52,743 bases of DNA from an uncultured Candidatus Saccharibacteria bacterium (GCA_964473175.1 CAYYNN010000001.1:166603-219345); one strand, 5' to 3'. Shown: positions 1 through 10,967, counted from the stretch's first letter. Translations and numbers: made by a program. Notes: generated from the letters alone by a model not told the origin.

Positions 1-573
1 TAGTAAGCCGACATTTACCTGAAAACTCTTTTTCAATCGGAGATCGTAATAGAGCAATGGTATCTTGTGATGCACTGCAAAGTTTGCGACCACTACATTT
101 ACAAATATCATAAAGAACTGAGTATTTAATAGCTCTGAATGATCTTTGTGCATGTCCTTGAAATGATAGATACCAGTCTTTTGAAATAAGTGCTTGAATG
201 CACGTACCAACACAACAGCATCGCCAAGCATGGTTCGGACATCCTCTGATACTGTTTGTAGATTTGTCGTCGGAGTTAGGTTACCAATGCTTGTTGCCCA
301 GCATTCATAGGCGCTAAATGATTTGAGTCCCACGGTATCGTGGTGCGACTTGATAGTAAATGCAAAACAGATCGCAGGGATCGTCTCACCCAAGATAAAT
401 CCTTTTCTATATCTTGGTGATGCACGATCGTCGCATTGACTCATCGAAGGTACACAAACCGAGAGCACATAATTATTAGCCTCCCGGGTGACCCAGAATA
501 TGTCATCAAACCGCTGCGTCTCTACATCATCTACAGCAATACCGTAGAGGTGTGGAAGATTGAGTGTATTCAT
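1..573 (-). CDS. RNB-like (RNase II/R family-like) domain protein, truncated by the window edge
   Basis: My own minus-strand translation from ATG at 573-571 gives MNTLNLPHLYGIAVDDVETQRFDDIFWVTRE... It stays open for 191 codons to base 1, so it is absent from the ORF track. VDDxxxxxFDD followed by a hydrophobic run resembles RNB motif I (DxxxxxDxDDA). Confidence 0.4.
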   Translation of the reverse strand, partial: MNTLNLPHLYGIAVDDVETQRFDDIFWVTREANNYVLSVCVPSMSQCDDRASPRYRKGFILGETIPAICFAFTIKSHHDTVGLKSFSAYECWATSIGNLTPTTNLQTVSEDVRTMLGDAVVLVRAFKHLFQKTGIYHFKDMHKDHSELLNTQFFMIFVNVVVANFAVHHKIPLLYYDLRLKKSFQVNVGLL

Positions 574-620
574 ATGTTAACAATTTATTTGAAAACATAA
601 TACCAGATAATATGCATATG

Positions 621-1823
<1,203 letters not shown>

Positions 1824-1828
1824 TCACA

Positions 1829-2590
1829 CTACCGCACGATCACCCACTTCAATGCCTGCAGATTGATCGGTGCTTTGGCGTAGAGTTTTTGGAATGGATC
1901 GCGGGGGTCAGTAGCAATGCGTTCGATCTCTGCAAGTACCGTTGAATGCGTACTTTGATATGCGATAAGGTCACCGACAGTGAACTGTACATCTCTCGGG
2001 AGTCGCACTTCGTATTCCCCACCACCGCGACCGATAAGTGTTACGGCAACACTACTGCCTGATGCAGTACCAGAAGTTGTTTTGCCTGGAGCACTAAACA
2101 ACAAAACCGTTGCATGAGTATCAACTACATCAGTAACGGTGCCGAGTGCGATATCGTCAAAGGCGTACACTGTTTGACCAACCACAATAGTATCTGCTAT
2201 ACCGGCATCGATGACGAACGTATCGTAGAAAGATCTGTTGGGCAGCGTAACTACGTGTGCGAGTACTCCAGTAGGTCGAGGTGCTCGACCCAGCTCTGCT
2301 TTAAGCTCATCATTTTCTTGCATCAAAAGTTTTGCCGTTGTCAGTTGAGCATCATATGACTCAAGTGTTGTTTGTTGTTCAGTAATCTTTTTGACCAATA
2401 CACTTCTCGGAAGCACTGCTGTGTAGATCGTTGTCGCTGAAGCAAGAGGTTTGTACGCAATAGTTTTATTGATAACCATTCTCGCTACCAACCATACAAC
2501 AAGTATCCCTACGAGAATCCCCACAGCCCACCATATAGTGGACCCTAGGGAACGACGACGTTTGAATTGTTGTGAGTTATACGATGACAT
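1829..2590 (-). CDS. mreC: rod shape-determining protein MreC
   Basis: Lies directly downstream of mreB. It has an N-terminal TM helix, a coiled-coil stretch and a beta-rich C-terminus typical of MreC. The track start at 2629 is a TTG, so I prefer the ATG at 2590, which overlaps the mreB stop by 14 nt. The start remains uncertain. Confidence 0.78.
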   Translation of the reverse strand: MSSYNSQQFKRRRSLGSTIWWAVGILVGILVVWLVARMVINKTIAYKPLASATTIYTAVLPRSVLVKKITEQQTTLESYDAQLTTAKLLMQENDELKAELGRAPRPTGVLAHVVTLPNRSFYDTFVIDAGIADTIVVGQTVYAFDDIALGTVTDVVDTHATVLLFSAPGKTTSGTASGSSVAVTLIGRGGGEYEVRLPRDVQFTVGDLIAYQSTHSTVLAEIERIATDPRDPFQKLYAKAPINLQALKWVIVR

Positions 2591-3620
2591 GTTCGTCGAG
2601 CGGTAAAATGACGCCTTTGTACTGTTCAAAATTTTCTAAAATAATTCCTGTTCCTCGCGCAACTGCAGAAAGTGGGTCCTGCGCGATATGTATAGGTAGC
2701 TCAAGTTCTGCTTCAAGCAATGCAGTAAGTCCTGGAAGTAATGCCCCTCCACCTGCCAGCATAATCCCACTTTGGATTATATCCGCCATCATTTCCGGAG
2801 GCGCAGTTTCTAATACTTCGCGAATACCAGTGAGCAAGAACCCAACCGGTCGTGTAAGCGCTTCGCGTATATCACCATCAGTGACCATCAATGCGCGTGG
2901 CAGACCTGTCACCAAATCGCGTCCACGCACTTCTATTTCTTGATATTCAGTCTCTATTGCAGATCCCAATGCAAGCTTCACGCTCTCTGCCGTTGGTTCA
3001 CCAACAAGAAGTTTGAATTCATCTCGCAAGTACTCAATCACTCGTTCGTTGAAATGATCTCCTGCAATACGTAAGTTGAGCGAGCGTACAACTCCACCAA
3101 GCGCAATCAATGCGATGTCAGTTGTACCGCCACCAATATCGACCATGAATGTCGCCTTGGGATCAAGTACTGGCAGTCTGACACCAATAGCCGCAGCCAT
3201 TGCTTCTTCGACGAGAAACACTTCGCGTGCTCCCGCATCTATTGCAGCATCGTACACTGCACGCATCTCGACGTTCGTCACTCCTGATGGTACGCCGATC
3301 ACGACACGAGGACGAAAGAATTTCTTGGACATTTTTTCAGCCTTACGAATAAAGTACGCGAGCATTTCTTCGGTCATATCAAAGTCTGACACCACTCCTT
3401 CAATCAAAGGGCGGACAATAGATATATGCGCAGGTGTTTTGCCCCACATTTTCTTTGCTTCGTGACCGATAGCCACTATCTGCCCGGTCTTTTGGTTCAC
3501 TGCAACAATAGACGGTTCATTGATGATGATGCCGTGCCCAGACAAATACACGAGTGTGTTGGCAGTACCGAGGTCGATACCGATATCATTTGAAAAGCGC
3601 TGATAAAAAGATTTAACCAT
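2577..3620 (-). CDS. mreB: rod shape-determining actin homolog MreB
   Basis: 347 aa with actin-fold phosphate motifs DLGTANT and VDIGGGTTD, and full-length MreB-like sequence. Confidence 0.95.
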   Translation of the reverse strand: MVKSFYQRFSNDIGIDLGTANTLVYLSGHGIIINEPSIVAVNQKTGQIVAIGHEAKKMWGKTPAHISIVRPLIEGVVSDFDMTEEMLAYFIRKAEKMSKKFFRPRVVIGVPSGVTNVEMRAVYDAAIDAGAREVFLVEEAMAAAIGVRLPVLDPKATFMVDIGGGTTDIALIALGGVVRSLNLRIAGDHFNERVIEYLRDEFKLLVGEPTAESVKLALGSAIETEYQEIEVRGRDLVTGLPRALMVTDGDIREALTRPVGFLLTGIREVLETAPPEMMADIIQSGIMLAGGGALLPGLTALLEAELELPIHIAQDPLSAVARGTGIILENFEQYKGVILPLDEHVIV

Positions 3621-4869
3621 TAAGTATGTCGAAAAGTTCTGCTGTTGTAACGATTCGACTGTCGCTACTTGTTCGCTCTTTTATTTCTACACCACCCTTT
3701 TCGAGACTGCGATCAGAGATCACCACGCGCAACGGCATACCGAGCAAGTCAGCATCGGCAAACTTCTCTCCTGCAGCAATGCCGTGCCGATCATCAAAGA
3801 GTACTTCAATGTTTCGTTCTTTCATTTGGTTGTATAGTTCTTCAGCAGCAATATGCGTTGCCGTGTTTGTACCGAGAACAAGTAAGTGAACACGAAACGG
3901 CGCAACAGACGCGGGCCATACCAATCCTTTATCATCAGCAAATATTTCTGTAAGAACTCCCACGAGGCGAGTAACCCCGACACCGTATGACCCCAAATAA
4001 ATCGGTTGTTTAACTCCTTCTGCGTCAGTGAATGACAATCCCATTTGTTCACACTTCTCAGTACCAAAGGTAAATATATTTCCTACTTCAGCAGCTTTTT
4101 TCATTTCAAAATCTGCTTTTGTAGCACCGAGCTTTGCTAATGTCTCATCATTGTAGATTTCTTCATTGACCGCATAGTTGTCTTTGGTGTGTACGTAGAT
4201 AATATCTTCCCCTGCTTCACAAATAGTTTGAAACTCGTGACTGAAATTATTGGTAAACGCCCCACCAGATGCGGAGGTTACATAGGTGATTGCACCCAAG
4301 CCCAATCGCTTGTATACATTGAGATATGCTTCGGTAGCTTGTGCATAGAACTTGTTATGATCTTCTTCTGTTGTACAAAATGAATACATATCTTTCATAA
4401 CAAACTCACGACAACGCATGATACCGCTTTTTGCACGCACTTCATTGCGAAGTTTATTTTGAAATTGATGCACGTATTGAGGAAGTGTTTGATAGCTCGT
4501 GATATATGACTTCATCATTTCGATGATTGGTTCTTCATGAGACCAACCAAAACCTACTTCTGTTCCATTTTTCAATTGTGACTTGAACCAGATATCAACA
4601 TTTTCATCACTCCATCGATCTGTACTTTCCCACACATCTTTGTTTTGAAGAGTGGCCATGATGATTTCTTGGGAACCGATACTTTCCATTTCTTCTGCCA
4701 CAATTTTCTTTATTTTGTTGACTACGCGCAGACCAAGAGGGAGAAGTGCATATACACCAGCCATTTCTTTATGAATATATCCTGCTCGTATCAAAAGTTG
4801 AGCATTTTTGGCAGTCTCATCAGCAGGGCTTTCCTTCCGAGTTTTCGTAAATAGGTGAGTTTGTCGCAT
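3613..4869 (-). CDS. proS: prolyl-tRNA synthetase, short form without INS editing insertion
   Basis: 418 aa. The N-terminus MRQTHLFTKTRKE..ETAKNAQLLIRAGYI is bacterial ProRS-like. Class II motifs and a C-terminal anticodon-binding domain are present, and the length leaves no room for the INS domain. Confidence 0.92.
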   Translation of the reverse strand: MRQTHLFTKTRKESPADETAKNAQLLIRAGYIHKEMAGVYALLPLGLRVVNKIKKIVAEEMESIGSQEIIMATLQNKDVWESTDRWSDENVDIWFKSQLKNGTEVGFGWSHEEPIIEMMKSYITSYQTLPQYVHQFQNKLRNEVRAKSGIMRCREFVMKDMYSFCTTEEDHNKFYAQATEAYLNVYKRLGLGAITYVTSASGGAFTNNFSHEFQTICEAGEDIIYVHTKDNYAVNEEIYNDETLAKLGATKADFEMKKAAEVGNIFTFGTEKCEQMGLSFTDAEGVKQPIYLGSYGVGVTRLVGVLTEIFADDKGLVWPASVAPFRVHLLVLGTNTATHIAAEELYNQMKERNIEVLFDDRHGIAAGEKFADADLLGMPLRVVISDRSLEKGGVEIKERTSSDSRIVTTAELFDILNG

Positions 4870-4897
4870 ATGCTCTATATTCGCATATTTTAGGTAA

Positions 4898-4926
4898 TAA
4901 AAAAAGCCTGCGATTTATCGCAGGCT
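4898..4926 (-). terminator. Intrinsic terminator/attenuator hairpin in the proS leader
   Basis: On the minus strand the sequence is AGCCTGCGA-TAAA-TCGCAGGCT followed by TTTTTTT. It sits about 30 nt upstream of the proS ATG and downstream of the putative proS promoter. Confidence 0.5.
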
Positions 4927-5024
4927 AATAATTTGTTTTAAGGACTCTTTGATTATTATTCAATTGTAGGCGTACACCCGCGCCTCGTTTTTCGATATTG
5001 CTATCTATCCTTAAAGGGACTTTT

Positions 5025-5052
5025 ACTATATTATTTTTATAAATTTTGTCAA
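5025..5052 (-). promoter_or_regulatory. Putative sigma70-type promoter for proS
   Basis: Minus strand reads TTGACA (complement of 5047-5052), a 16-nt spacer, then TATAGT (complement of 5025-5030). Confidence 0.5.
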
Positions 5053-5198
5053 CTACCCCTCCTTGCCAAAACACCTTGTAAATGCTATTGTTTTCGAGTC
5101 CTTTTAGGATGAAATTATTCAGTAAATAAGGTGTGCTCCATAGATATATGGCAGGGTCAGTCGAATGATACCGGAAAGCGCATCTGCTTCAGATTGTT

Positions 5199-5879
5199 AT
5201 GAAAAAAGAAATTACCTCAGAAGGCCTCATGGAGGCAGGTGTCCACTATGGATACTCACGTACTCGCCGCCACCCTACCGTTACACACTTCCTTTATGGA
5301 AATAAGAACGGGACAGATATTATCGATATCGACAAGACAATGAGTCAGCTTGAAGCTGCAACTACATTCATGGCACAACTCGGCGCTGCGGGCAAAACAG
5401 CCCTCTTTGTCGGTGTAAAACCAGAAGCTCGAAGTGCAGTTATCGAAGTGGCTTCATCATTACATCAGCCGTATGTGACTGAACGATGGATTGGGGGCAT
5501 CCTCACGAACTTCTCAGAGATCAAGCGTCGTATTGAAAAACTCGAAAAAATGAAAGAAGAACGTGTATCTGGTGAATACGCAAAATACACAAAGAAAGAA
5601 CAGCTCCTTCTCACTCGAGAAATGGAACGTCTCAACAAGTACTTCTCTGGTCTTCTTGGTGTAACCAAAATGCCTGATGTTATGGTTGTTGTTGATAGTA
5701 AAAAGGAGCACATTGCAGTACTCGAAGCGCGTAAAATGAATATTCCTGTTATTGCACTTGGTAACACCGACTGTAGTATCAAAGAAATCGAATACCCTAT
5801 TATCTGTAACGACTCTTCAACTTCTAGTATCACCACAATTCTTGGTATACTTAAGCACGCTTTTCAAGGAGATAAGTAA
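5199..5879 (+). CDS. rpsB: 30S ribosomal protein S2
   Basis: 226 aa, contains AGVHYGY..RRHP and an S2-like core, and is followed by tsf in the conserved rpsB-tsf pair. Confidence 0.95.
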   Translation: MKKEITSEGLMEAGVHYGYSRTRRHPTVTHFLYGNKNGTDIIDIDKTMSQLEAATTFMAQLGAAGKTALFVGVKPEARSAVIEVASSLHQPYVTERWIGGILTNFSEIKRRIEKLEKMKEERVSGEYAKYTKKEQLLLTREMERLNKYFSGLLGVTKMPDVMVVVDSKKEHIAVLEARKMNIPVIALGNTDCSIKEIEYPIICNDSSTSSITTILGILKHAFQGDK

Positions 5880-5921
5880 TACCGACGTTTTAATCATTAA
5901 TCGCTCTTAAATAGAATACCT

Positions 5922-6707
5922 ATGTCTACAATAACGACTGAACAAGTAAAGGAACTCCGCGATGCAACAAGTGTCTCCGTGATGCAATGCCGCAAAGCAC
6001 TCGAAGAAGCTGATGGTGATATGGCAAAAGCAATGATCATCTTGCAGAAAAAAGGCGCTGAAATCGCTGGTAAAAAAAGTGATCGTGACGCATCTGATGG
6101 TCTGGTTATTGTTCGTACTGACGGTAAGCGTGCGCTCACACTGATCATGAACTGTGAGACTGACTTCGTTGCAAAAAACGATGACTTCATCGCACTCGCA
6201 AACAACCTTGCAGATATAGCATACAATGATGGCGAAGCAGTGGCACGAGCGCAGGCACCTGAACTCATCAATGCAGTTGTATTGAAAATCGGAGAAAATA
6301 TCAAACTTGGATCTATCGATGAAGTAACTGGTGATGTTGTCGGGGCATATACTCACCACACTGGTAAAACAGCAACTATCGTTGTCCTTAATGGAGGAAC
6401 TCCTGAAGTTGCAAAAGATATTGCAATGCATACTGCTGCTATGAAACCTACATATGTACAAACATCAGAAATCAGTGAAGCAGATCGAACACAAGTGATG
6501 GATGTCCTCAAAGCGGAAATGGATGCAATCGATAAGCCAGCTGAGATGAAAGAAAAAATCATGGAAGGCAAAATTGCGAGTTACTTCAAAGAACAAACGC
6601 TTACCGAGCAATCATTTTTCAAAATTCCTGAAAAGACTATCGCACAGTACGCAAAAGACAATGGTGCAACTGTTGAGAAGTTCGTGATGTATACTGTAGG
6701 TGCATGA
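5922..6707 (+). CDS. tsf: translation elongation factor Ts
   Basis: 261 aa. The N-terminal UBA-like motif VKELRDATSVSVMQCRKALEEADGDMAKA is diagnostic of EF-Ts. Confidence 0.95.
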   Translation: MSTITTEQVKELRDATSVSVMQCRKALEEADGDMAKAMIILQKKGAEIAGKKSDRDASDGLVIVRTDGKRALTLIMNCETDFVAKNDDFIALANNLADIAYNDGEAVARAQAPELINAVVLKIGENIKLGSIDEVTGDVVGAYTHHTGKTATIVVLNGGTPEVAKDIAMHTAAMKPTYVQTSEISEADRTQVMDVLKAEMDAIDKPAEMKEKIMEGKIASYFKEQTLTEQSFFKIPEKTIAQYAKDNGATVEKFVMYTVGA

Positions 6708-7090
6708 TTCTCGCACTCGGTATAACATTAGTAGTTCTTATCGTTGGGACGTGGATATATAGTATGTATATCTCTTGGAAAGCGACAGAGGGGGTTCCCT
6801 TGGCGCTTGTAGAAAGTACTACCTTTCTTGTGTTATGGCATCGTGCTACTCGCCTCTCACGTCGCGGACTCTATAGTACGCAGTTATTCAGCAAGAAAGT
6901 GTTTGATTGGAGTACACAGAAAACACGTTCAACCTTGGTGAAATTTTTCCCAACGTCTGCGCCATTGTTTGCAAAACGAGATATGATGACAGGACTTACC
7001 CATGGACCATCATCATACTTTCTCAAATCAATCTCAAAAAATGAGAAGAGTGCCTCTAAACGCTTGCCCAAAACTAAAAAAATGATATAG
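6704..7090 (+). CDS. hypothetical membrane protein
   Basis: 128-aa ORF whose ATGA overlaps the tsf stop. It has an N-terminal hydrophobic helix and no recognisable family. Confidence 0.45.
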   Translation: MILALGITLVVLIVGTWIYSMYISWKATEGVPLALVESTTFLVLWHRATRLSRRGLYSTQLFSKKVFDWSTQKTRSTLVKFFPTSAPLFAKRDMMTGLTHGPSSYFLKSISKNEKSASKRLPKTKKMI

Positions 7091-7126
7091 TCGTATGACC
7101 AATTACTCAGAGATACTGAGTAATAC

Positions 7127-7202
7127 GCCAGAATAGCTCAGTTGGTAGAGCTCCCGTTTTGTAAACGGGTGGTCGTCGGTTCGAGCCCGACTTCTGGCTC
7201 CA
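7127..7202 (+). tRNA. tRNA-Thr (anticodon UGU), CCA encoded
   Basis: Hand-folded cloverleaf: acceptor GCCAGAA/TTCTGGC, D arm TAGCTCAGTTGGTAGAGC, anticodon stem CCCGT/ACGGG with loop TTTGTAA, T arm GTCGGTTCGAGCCCGAC, discriminator T and CCA. Confidence 0.9.
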
Positions 7203-7219
7203 CATTTTCTCAATATATA

Positions 7220-8425
7220 TTATTGATCACTCTCTATCTTGTACACTGACGGTGTGTACGTATTTGCTGCGTCCCACATCATCCATGAGTCGATACCAAG
7301 GTCATGAGCAGCCTGTATCTGCGCAGTTACCATCTCAGGTGTGTACAAGACTCCTCCTAGATCAAAATCTTGAAGCCAAGGTCGAAGCTTACTCTTGTCG
7401 ATACCTGCTGCGGCAAGCTTTGCAATACCATCTGATAAGGATTTGTATATCACTTTATATGGCTCTGCGGCTGGTACAGGTATGCCATACGTGCCATTCC
7501 AAAAGTGTGAAGGGTATACCATGGGAGCAAGTGCATCTACCGACGGCGCAATGAGTGTTGCCTTCTGTCCGATACCGACATCATCAGATGCCGACATGGT
7601 TAACCCAAAAACATCAGCAGAAATAGGTATTCCGTCAGATCGCAAATCTGTATCAAGTCCGATAAAAAAATCTTGCATTGTTTCTGCGCGACTCTTGGTC
7701 AGATGTGACAAGTCGATCGCTTTGAGATCTCCATCAGAGGGAAAGCGTACATAGTCAAAGTTGATCTCATCAAAGCCTTGTGCGTATGCATCGCGCGCGA
7801 TGGCTTGGACATGCTCGCGGACAGCAACACTATCAGCTCGTAACCATGCTATACCTTTGTAGTCTTTCCATACCAATCCTGTACTACTATTGTTATATGT
7901 ATCTTCTGGGTGCACTGTTGCATAGTACGGGTCTTGGAATACCGTAACGCGCCCAATAACATAGATGCCACGGGAATGAAATGCATCAATAACTTCCTCA
8001 AGATCTCGAATACGTTTTGTACCAACACCTGTTGAGGCCAGAACTGGATCGAGTGGCATGTATGAGACTTTCCCTGTCGCATCTTTGATATCAATAACTA
8101 CCGCATTTAAAATACTGTTGTCATAGAGATCAAGTATTTTTTGTAATCGTTTTGGAGTACCTGCAGTCCAAGCAGTTATGTAAATGCCATGCAGCGGTGA
8201 CGGTGTGTTGATATGGTTTAGCGAGACACTCGACGCCAGGGCAATACCATTTTCAAACTGCAACGGCGCAACCGATGTTTCTAGGTTGGTATTAGATTGC
8301 ACCGAAGTATCAATTTGAAGTATTTTCTCAGGACCGGTGACCTCAACAAAAAGCAGGAACGTGAGTATCGCGAGTATCCAGGGCACACTATGCTTATGAT
8401 GAGTTTTTCCTACTACTGGATCCAT
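7220..8425 (-). CDS. putative glycoside hydrolase (DUF4015/COG1306-like TIM barrel), membrane anchored
   Basis: 401 aa with an N-terminal TM segment. GIYITAWTAG..LNAVVIDIKDATG and FDEINFDYVRFPSDGD are typical of this family. Confidence 0.65.
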   Translation of the reverse strand: MDPVVGKTHHKHSVPWILAILTFLLFVEVTGPEKILQIDTSVQSNTNLETSVAPLQFENGIALASSVSLNHINTPSPLHGIYITAWTAGTPKRLQKILDLYDNSILNAVVIDIKDATGKVSYMPLDPVLASTGVGTKRIRDLEEVIDAFHSRGIYVIGRVTVFQDPYYATVHPEDTYNNSSTGLVWKDYKGIAWLRADSVAVREHVQAIARDAYAQGFDEINFDYVRFPSDGDLKAIDLSHLTKSRAETMQDFFIGLDTDLRSDGIPISADVFGLTMSASDDVGIGQKATLIAPSVDALAPMVYPSHFWNGTYGIPVPAAEPYKVIYKSLSDGIAKLAAAGIDKSKLRPWLQDFDLGGVLYTPEMVTAQIQAAHDLGIDSWMMWDAANTYTPSVYKIESDQ

Positions 8426-8470
8426 GTACTAGCAGTATACAACCTTCGAGTTATTTTTTAGTAAGAAAAC

Positions 8471-8968
8471 CTATTGCTCCGTACACTTTTCAGATGTATA
8501 CATTTGTAATATTTGGTTACCTTTTATATCAGGCAACAACATCTTTTCGCCATCTTGAACACCTTCACGTAACACATATCGATGTTTTACTATTGATGTT
8601 CCAATAACGCTATAGATTTCTGCTTCCTTATTATTTGATCCTTCAACAGTGTATGAATACACCAAACGTAGCGTTTCTCCATCAGTCGTACCCAGAACCG
8701 TACCGACATACCCATTTGTCATATCTGGACCATGTTGAGTTCCCTTTTTTGTACCGCTAATAATTCCATTACTATGCGTGAGCATAAGGTGTTCTTCCAC
8801 AGCATACGGGTCTGTGTCAGTTGCTTCATGCGTATAAACAAAACAATACTGAGCGTTGTCGATAAATGGTGCGTCAATAGTCACTGATGTTTTTGGTTTA
8901 TAGGAAATAGCTATTATTAAGATACTAACGATTGCGATAACACTCCAGACAATAATTTTTTTCTTCAT
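8471..8968 (-). CDS. hypothetical membrane-anchored/secreted protein
   Basis: 165-aa ORF with an N-terminal signal/anchor (MKKKIIVWSVIAIVSILIIAI). No family recognised. Confidence 0.5.
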   Translation of the reverse strand: MKKKIIVWSVIAIVSILIIAISYKPKTSVTIDAPFIDNAQYCFVYTHEATDTDPYAVEEHLMLTHSNGIISGTKKGTQHGPDMTNGYVGTVLGTTDGETLRLVYSYTVEGSNNKEAEIYSVIGTSIVKHRYVLREGVQDGEKMLLPDIKGNQILQMYTSEKCTEQ

Positions 8969-8995
8969 AATATATGTATTGAAAATAGTTATTAA

Positions 8996-9646
8996 TTATT
9001 TCTTAGGTACGATACTTTCTGTTTTCGGAATAAGTACTGCGAGCTGATCGAGTGTTTTATACCCGTTATAGGTTATGCCATTAATAACAAGTGCGGGGAG
9101 ATTTTCACCAATATTATAAATAGATACGAGTGCATCAATCGTTGAGAGATCTAAATTATAATCAAAAGCGTATACACGGATCGCGGGGTTGTTCTGTCGC
9201 AGCGCATCCAAAACATAGCTTTGTTTTACACAATCAGGACAGTCCAATTTGGTGCCGTAGAAGTAGAAGATGGAAATAGGAGTATGGTGACACGCCTCAG
9301 CAACGCGTTTTGTTAATAGGAAATCTCGAACTTCAAGCAAGGAATATTGTTTCTTGAATGTTTCAATATCTTGCGTGACATTGTTTTGTTCGCTATATGC
9401 AATTTTTTCTGCGAGACTTATCAGGTCTTTAGAAAATACAGAACTTGCGCTTTCATCACAGGTTCCTTCCTTCAGTAAATCAAACTGGGTTTCTGATGAC
9501 AAAATATCAATGGATATTTTGTTTTGAACATCTTGTAGATTATTAAATTTTTGCTGGTTGATATATGCACTCAATGACCATGCAAAAACAAATATCCCTA
9601 TCGTTAACAGAAAGACAAGAATGTATTTTGGAAAATGTTTTTTCAT
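8996..9646 (-). CDS. membrane-anchored thioredoxin-like protein with CPDC motif
   Basis: The ATG at 9646 (MKKHFPKYILVFLL...) lies 4 nt after the GT2 stop. It has a TM anchor and a CxxC (CPDC) in a Trx-like context, FYFYGTKLDCPDCV. Confidence 0.6.
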   Translation of the reverse strand: MKKHFPKYILVFLLTIGIFVFAWSLSAYINQQKFNNLQDVQNKISIDILSSETQFDLLKEGTCDESASSVFSKDLISLAEKIAYSEQNNVTQDIETFKKQYSLLEVRDFLLTKRVAEACHHTPISIFYFYGTKLDCPDCVKQSYVLDALRQNNPAIRVYAFDYNLDLSTIDALVSIYNIGENLPALVINGITYNGYKTLDQLAVLIPKTESIVPKK

Positions 9647-9650
9647 ATAG

Positions 9651-10892
9651 TTATCGCCAACTTGGCTTGCGTCCAACGACTGAACTCCAGACAGCCTTCA
9701 TCAACCAAAACGGAGCAATCACACTATACACAATAACATATGCAATGAGATACACCGGGTTCATTCTCTCATGTGCCATACGACTCCCAATAATCGTTGC
9801 GATAATAATAATACTGTAGAGTGCAGCAGTGATGAACAAGACTGTTTGCGCATTAATATAAAACCAGTCTAAGTTAATCATAAATGTACCTCCATGAATC
9901 CCAACAACACGCCACTGGGCAATTTTTTCAATTAGAAAAATAATAAGATTATAGAATATAGTGAAAAAGATATACACGGTTGCGGTAATAGAAACAATAC
10001 CTGAAGGTAGTGTGAAAAATGAAAAGTTCCCATAAGATTTTCTGAAGATCATTCGTCTGTAATCAATAGTATTTTGAATGAAGCCATAGATCCACCGCAC
10101 ACGCTGCTTGAAAAGCTTTGGGATAGTGGCAGGTGCCACCGTAAATATGTGAGCGGTATGACAGTGACCAATCCGCATATGAGCTTCTTGCATACGATAG
10201 GCAATCTCCATATCTTCGGTGTTGTGTGCTTTTCGAAAACCTCCAAGTTTTTCAAAAACTTCACGTTTAAATACGGAGAACGGACCAGGAGTCACATGGA
10301 TTGCACCAAGGTATGCGAGCATTTTTTTAACATAGATACCCATGTTGTATTCGACCTTCTGGATCTTTTGAATATGTGTCTTTGGTTTATAGATAATAAT
10401 CGATGGTGCTACAGCCATGAGTTCTGGTTGCGTCTGAAACATGTAGATCATGCGCTTGAGTGCATCGGGTGCGACAAATGAGTCGGCGTCCAGACATGTC
10501 ACAAAGTCACTGGTGGTGTTTTCTATACCGTAGTTCACGGCGGTATGTTTACCACCATTTTCCTTTTGGAAAATACTCACTTGAGGGTGATCCTTGTATT
10601 TGAGCATTTCTTGCCATGTAGTGTCGGTACTCCCATCATCCACTGCGATGACTTGCAACTTATCTTTAGGGTAGTCTAATGCAAGTAAACTTTCTAGTGT
10701 CGCATGTACAGTAGTATTTTCATTCCAGCATGGCACTATAATAGCTACTGATGGATGACGGGTGAGTTCAATCGATCGAGTAGTTTCTTTTGCGAGTTTT
10801 TTGCGGTGCTCAAGATAGGTTACAAAGAGAAAAACCTGTACATACAGGGCCAAAAACGTGATAGCGTAGGTCGCTATTTCTGCGATATTCAT
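9651..10892 (-). CDS. family 2 glycosyltransferase, processive beta-glycan synthase type
   Basis: 413 aa with a GT2 core (VIAVDDGSTD, CLDADS), the Q-R-V-R-W motif (QRVRWIYG) and multiple C-terminal TM helices. Confidence 0.88.
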   Translation of the reverse strand: MNIAEIATYAITFLALYVQVFLFVTYLEHRKKLAKETTRSIELTRHPSVAIIVPCWNENTTVHATLESLLALDYPKDKLQVIAVDDGSTDTTWQEMLKYKDHPQVSIFQKENGGKHTAVNYGIENTTSDFVTCLDADSFVAPDALKRMIYMFQTQPELMAVAPSIIIYKPKTHIQKIQKVEYNMGIYVKKMLAYLGAIHVTPGPFSVFKREVFEKLGGFRKAHNTEDMEIAYRMQEAHMRIGHCHTAHIFTVAPATIPKLFKQRVRWIYGFIQNTIDYRRMIFRKSYGNFSFFTLPSGIVSITATVYIFFTIFYNLIIFLIEKIAQWRVVGIHGGTFMINLDWFYINAQTVLFITAALYSIIIIATIIGSRMAHERMNPVYLIAYVIVYSVIAPFWLMKAVWSSVVGRKPSWR

Positions 10893-10967
10893 TGGCCAAT
10901 ACTAGCATTTTGTGCCTATTTTTTCAATGATTTTTCTATTCTTGGATATATGCTGTATACTTTTCAT

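Noticed and set aside
7102-7124. A perfect hairpin ATTACTCAG-AGATA-CTGAGTAAT sits between the 128-aa ORF and tRNA-Thr.
   Set aside because: It has no U-run, so I do not call it an intrinsic terminator. It may be a processing or stability element, but nothing in the sequence distinguishes it from a chance inverted repeat.
10755-10967. The long 5' extension of the DsbA-like ORF overlaps the GT2 gene start.
   Set aside because: It overlaps the GT2 coding sequence and promoter on the opposite strand. The signal/anchor sequence and homology begin after the ATGs at 10950 and 10968.
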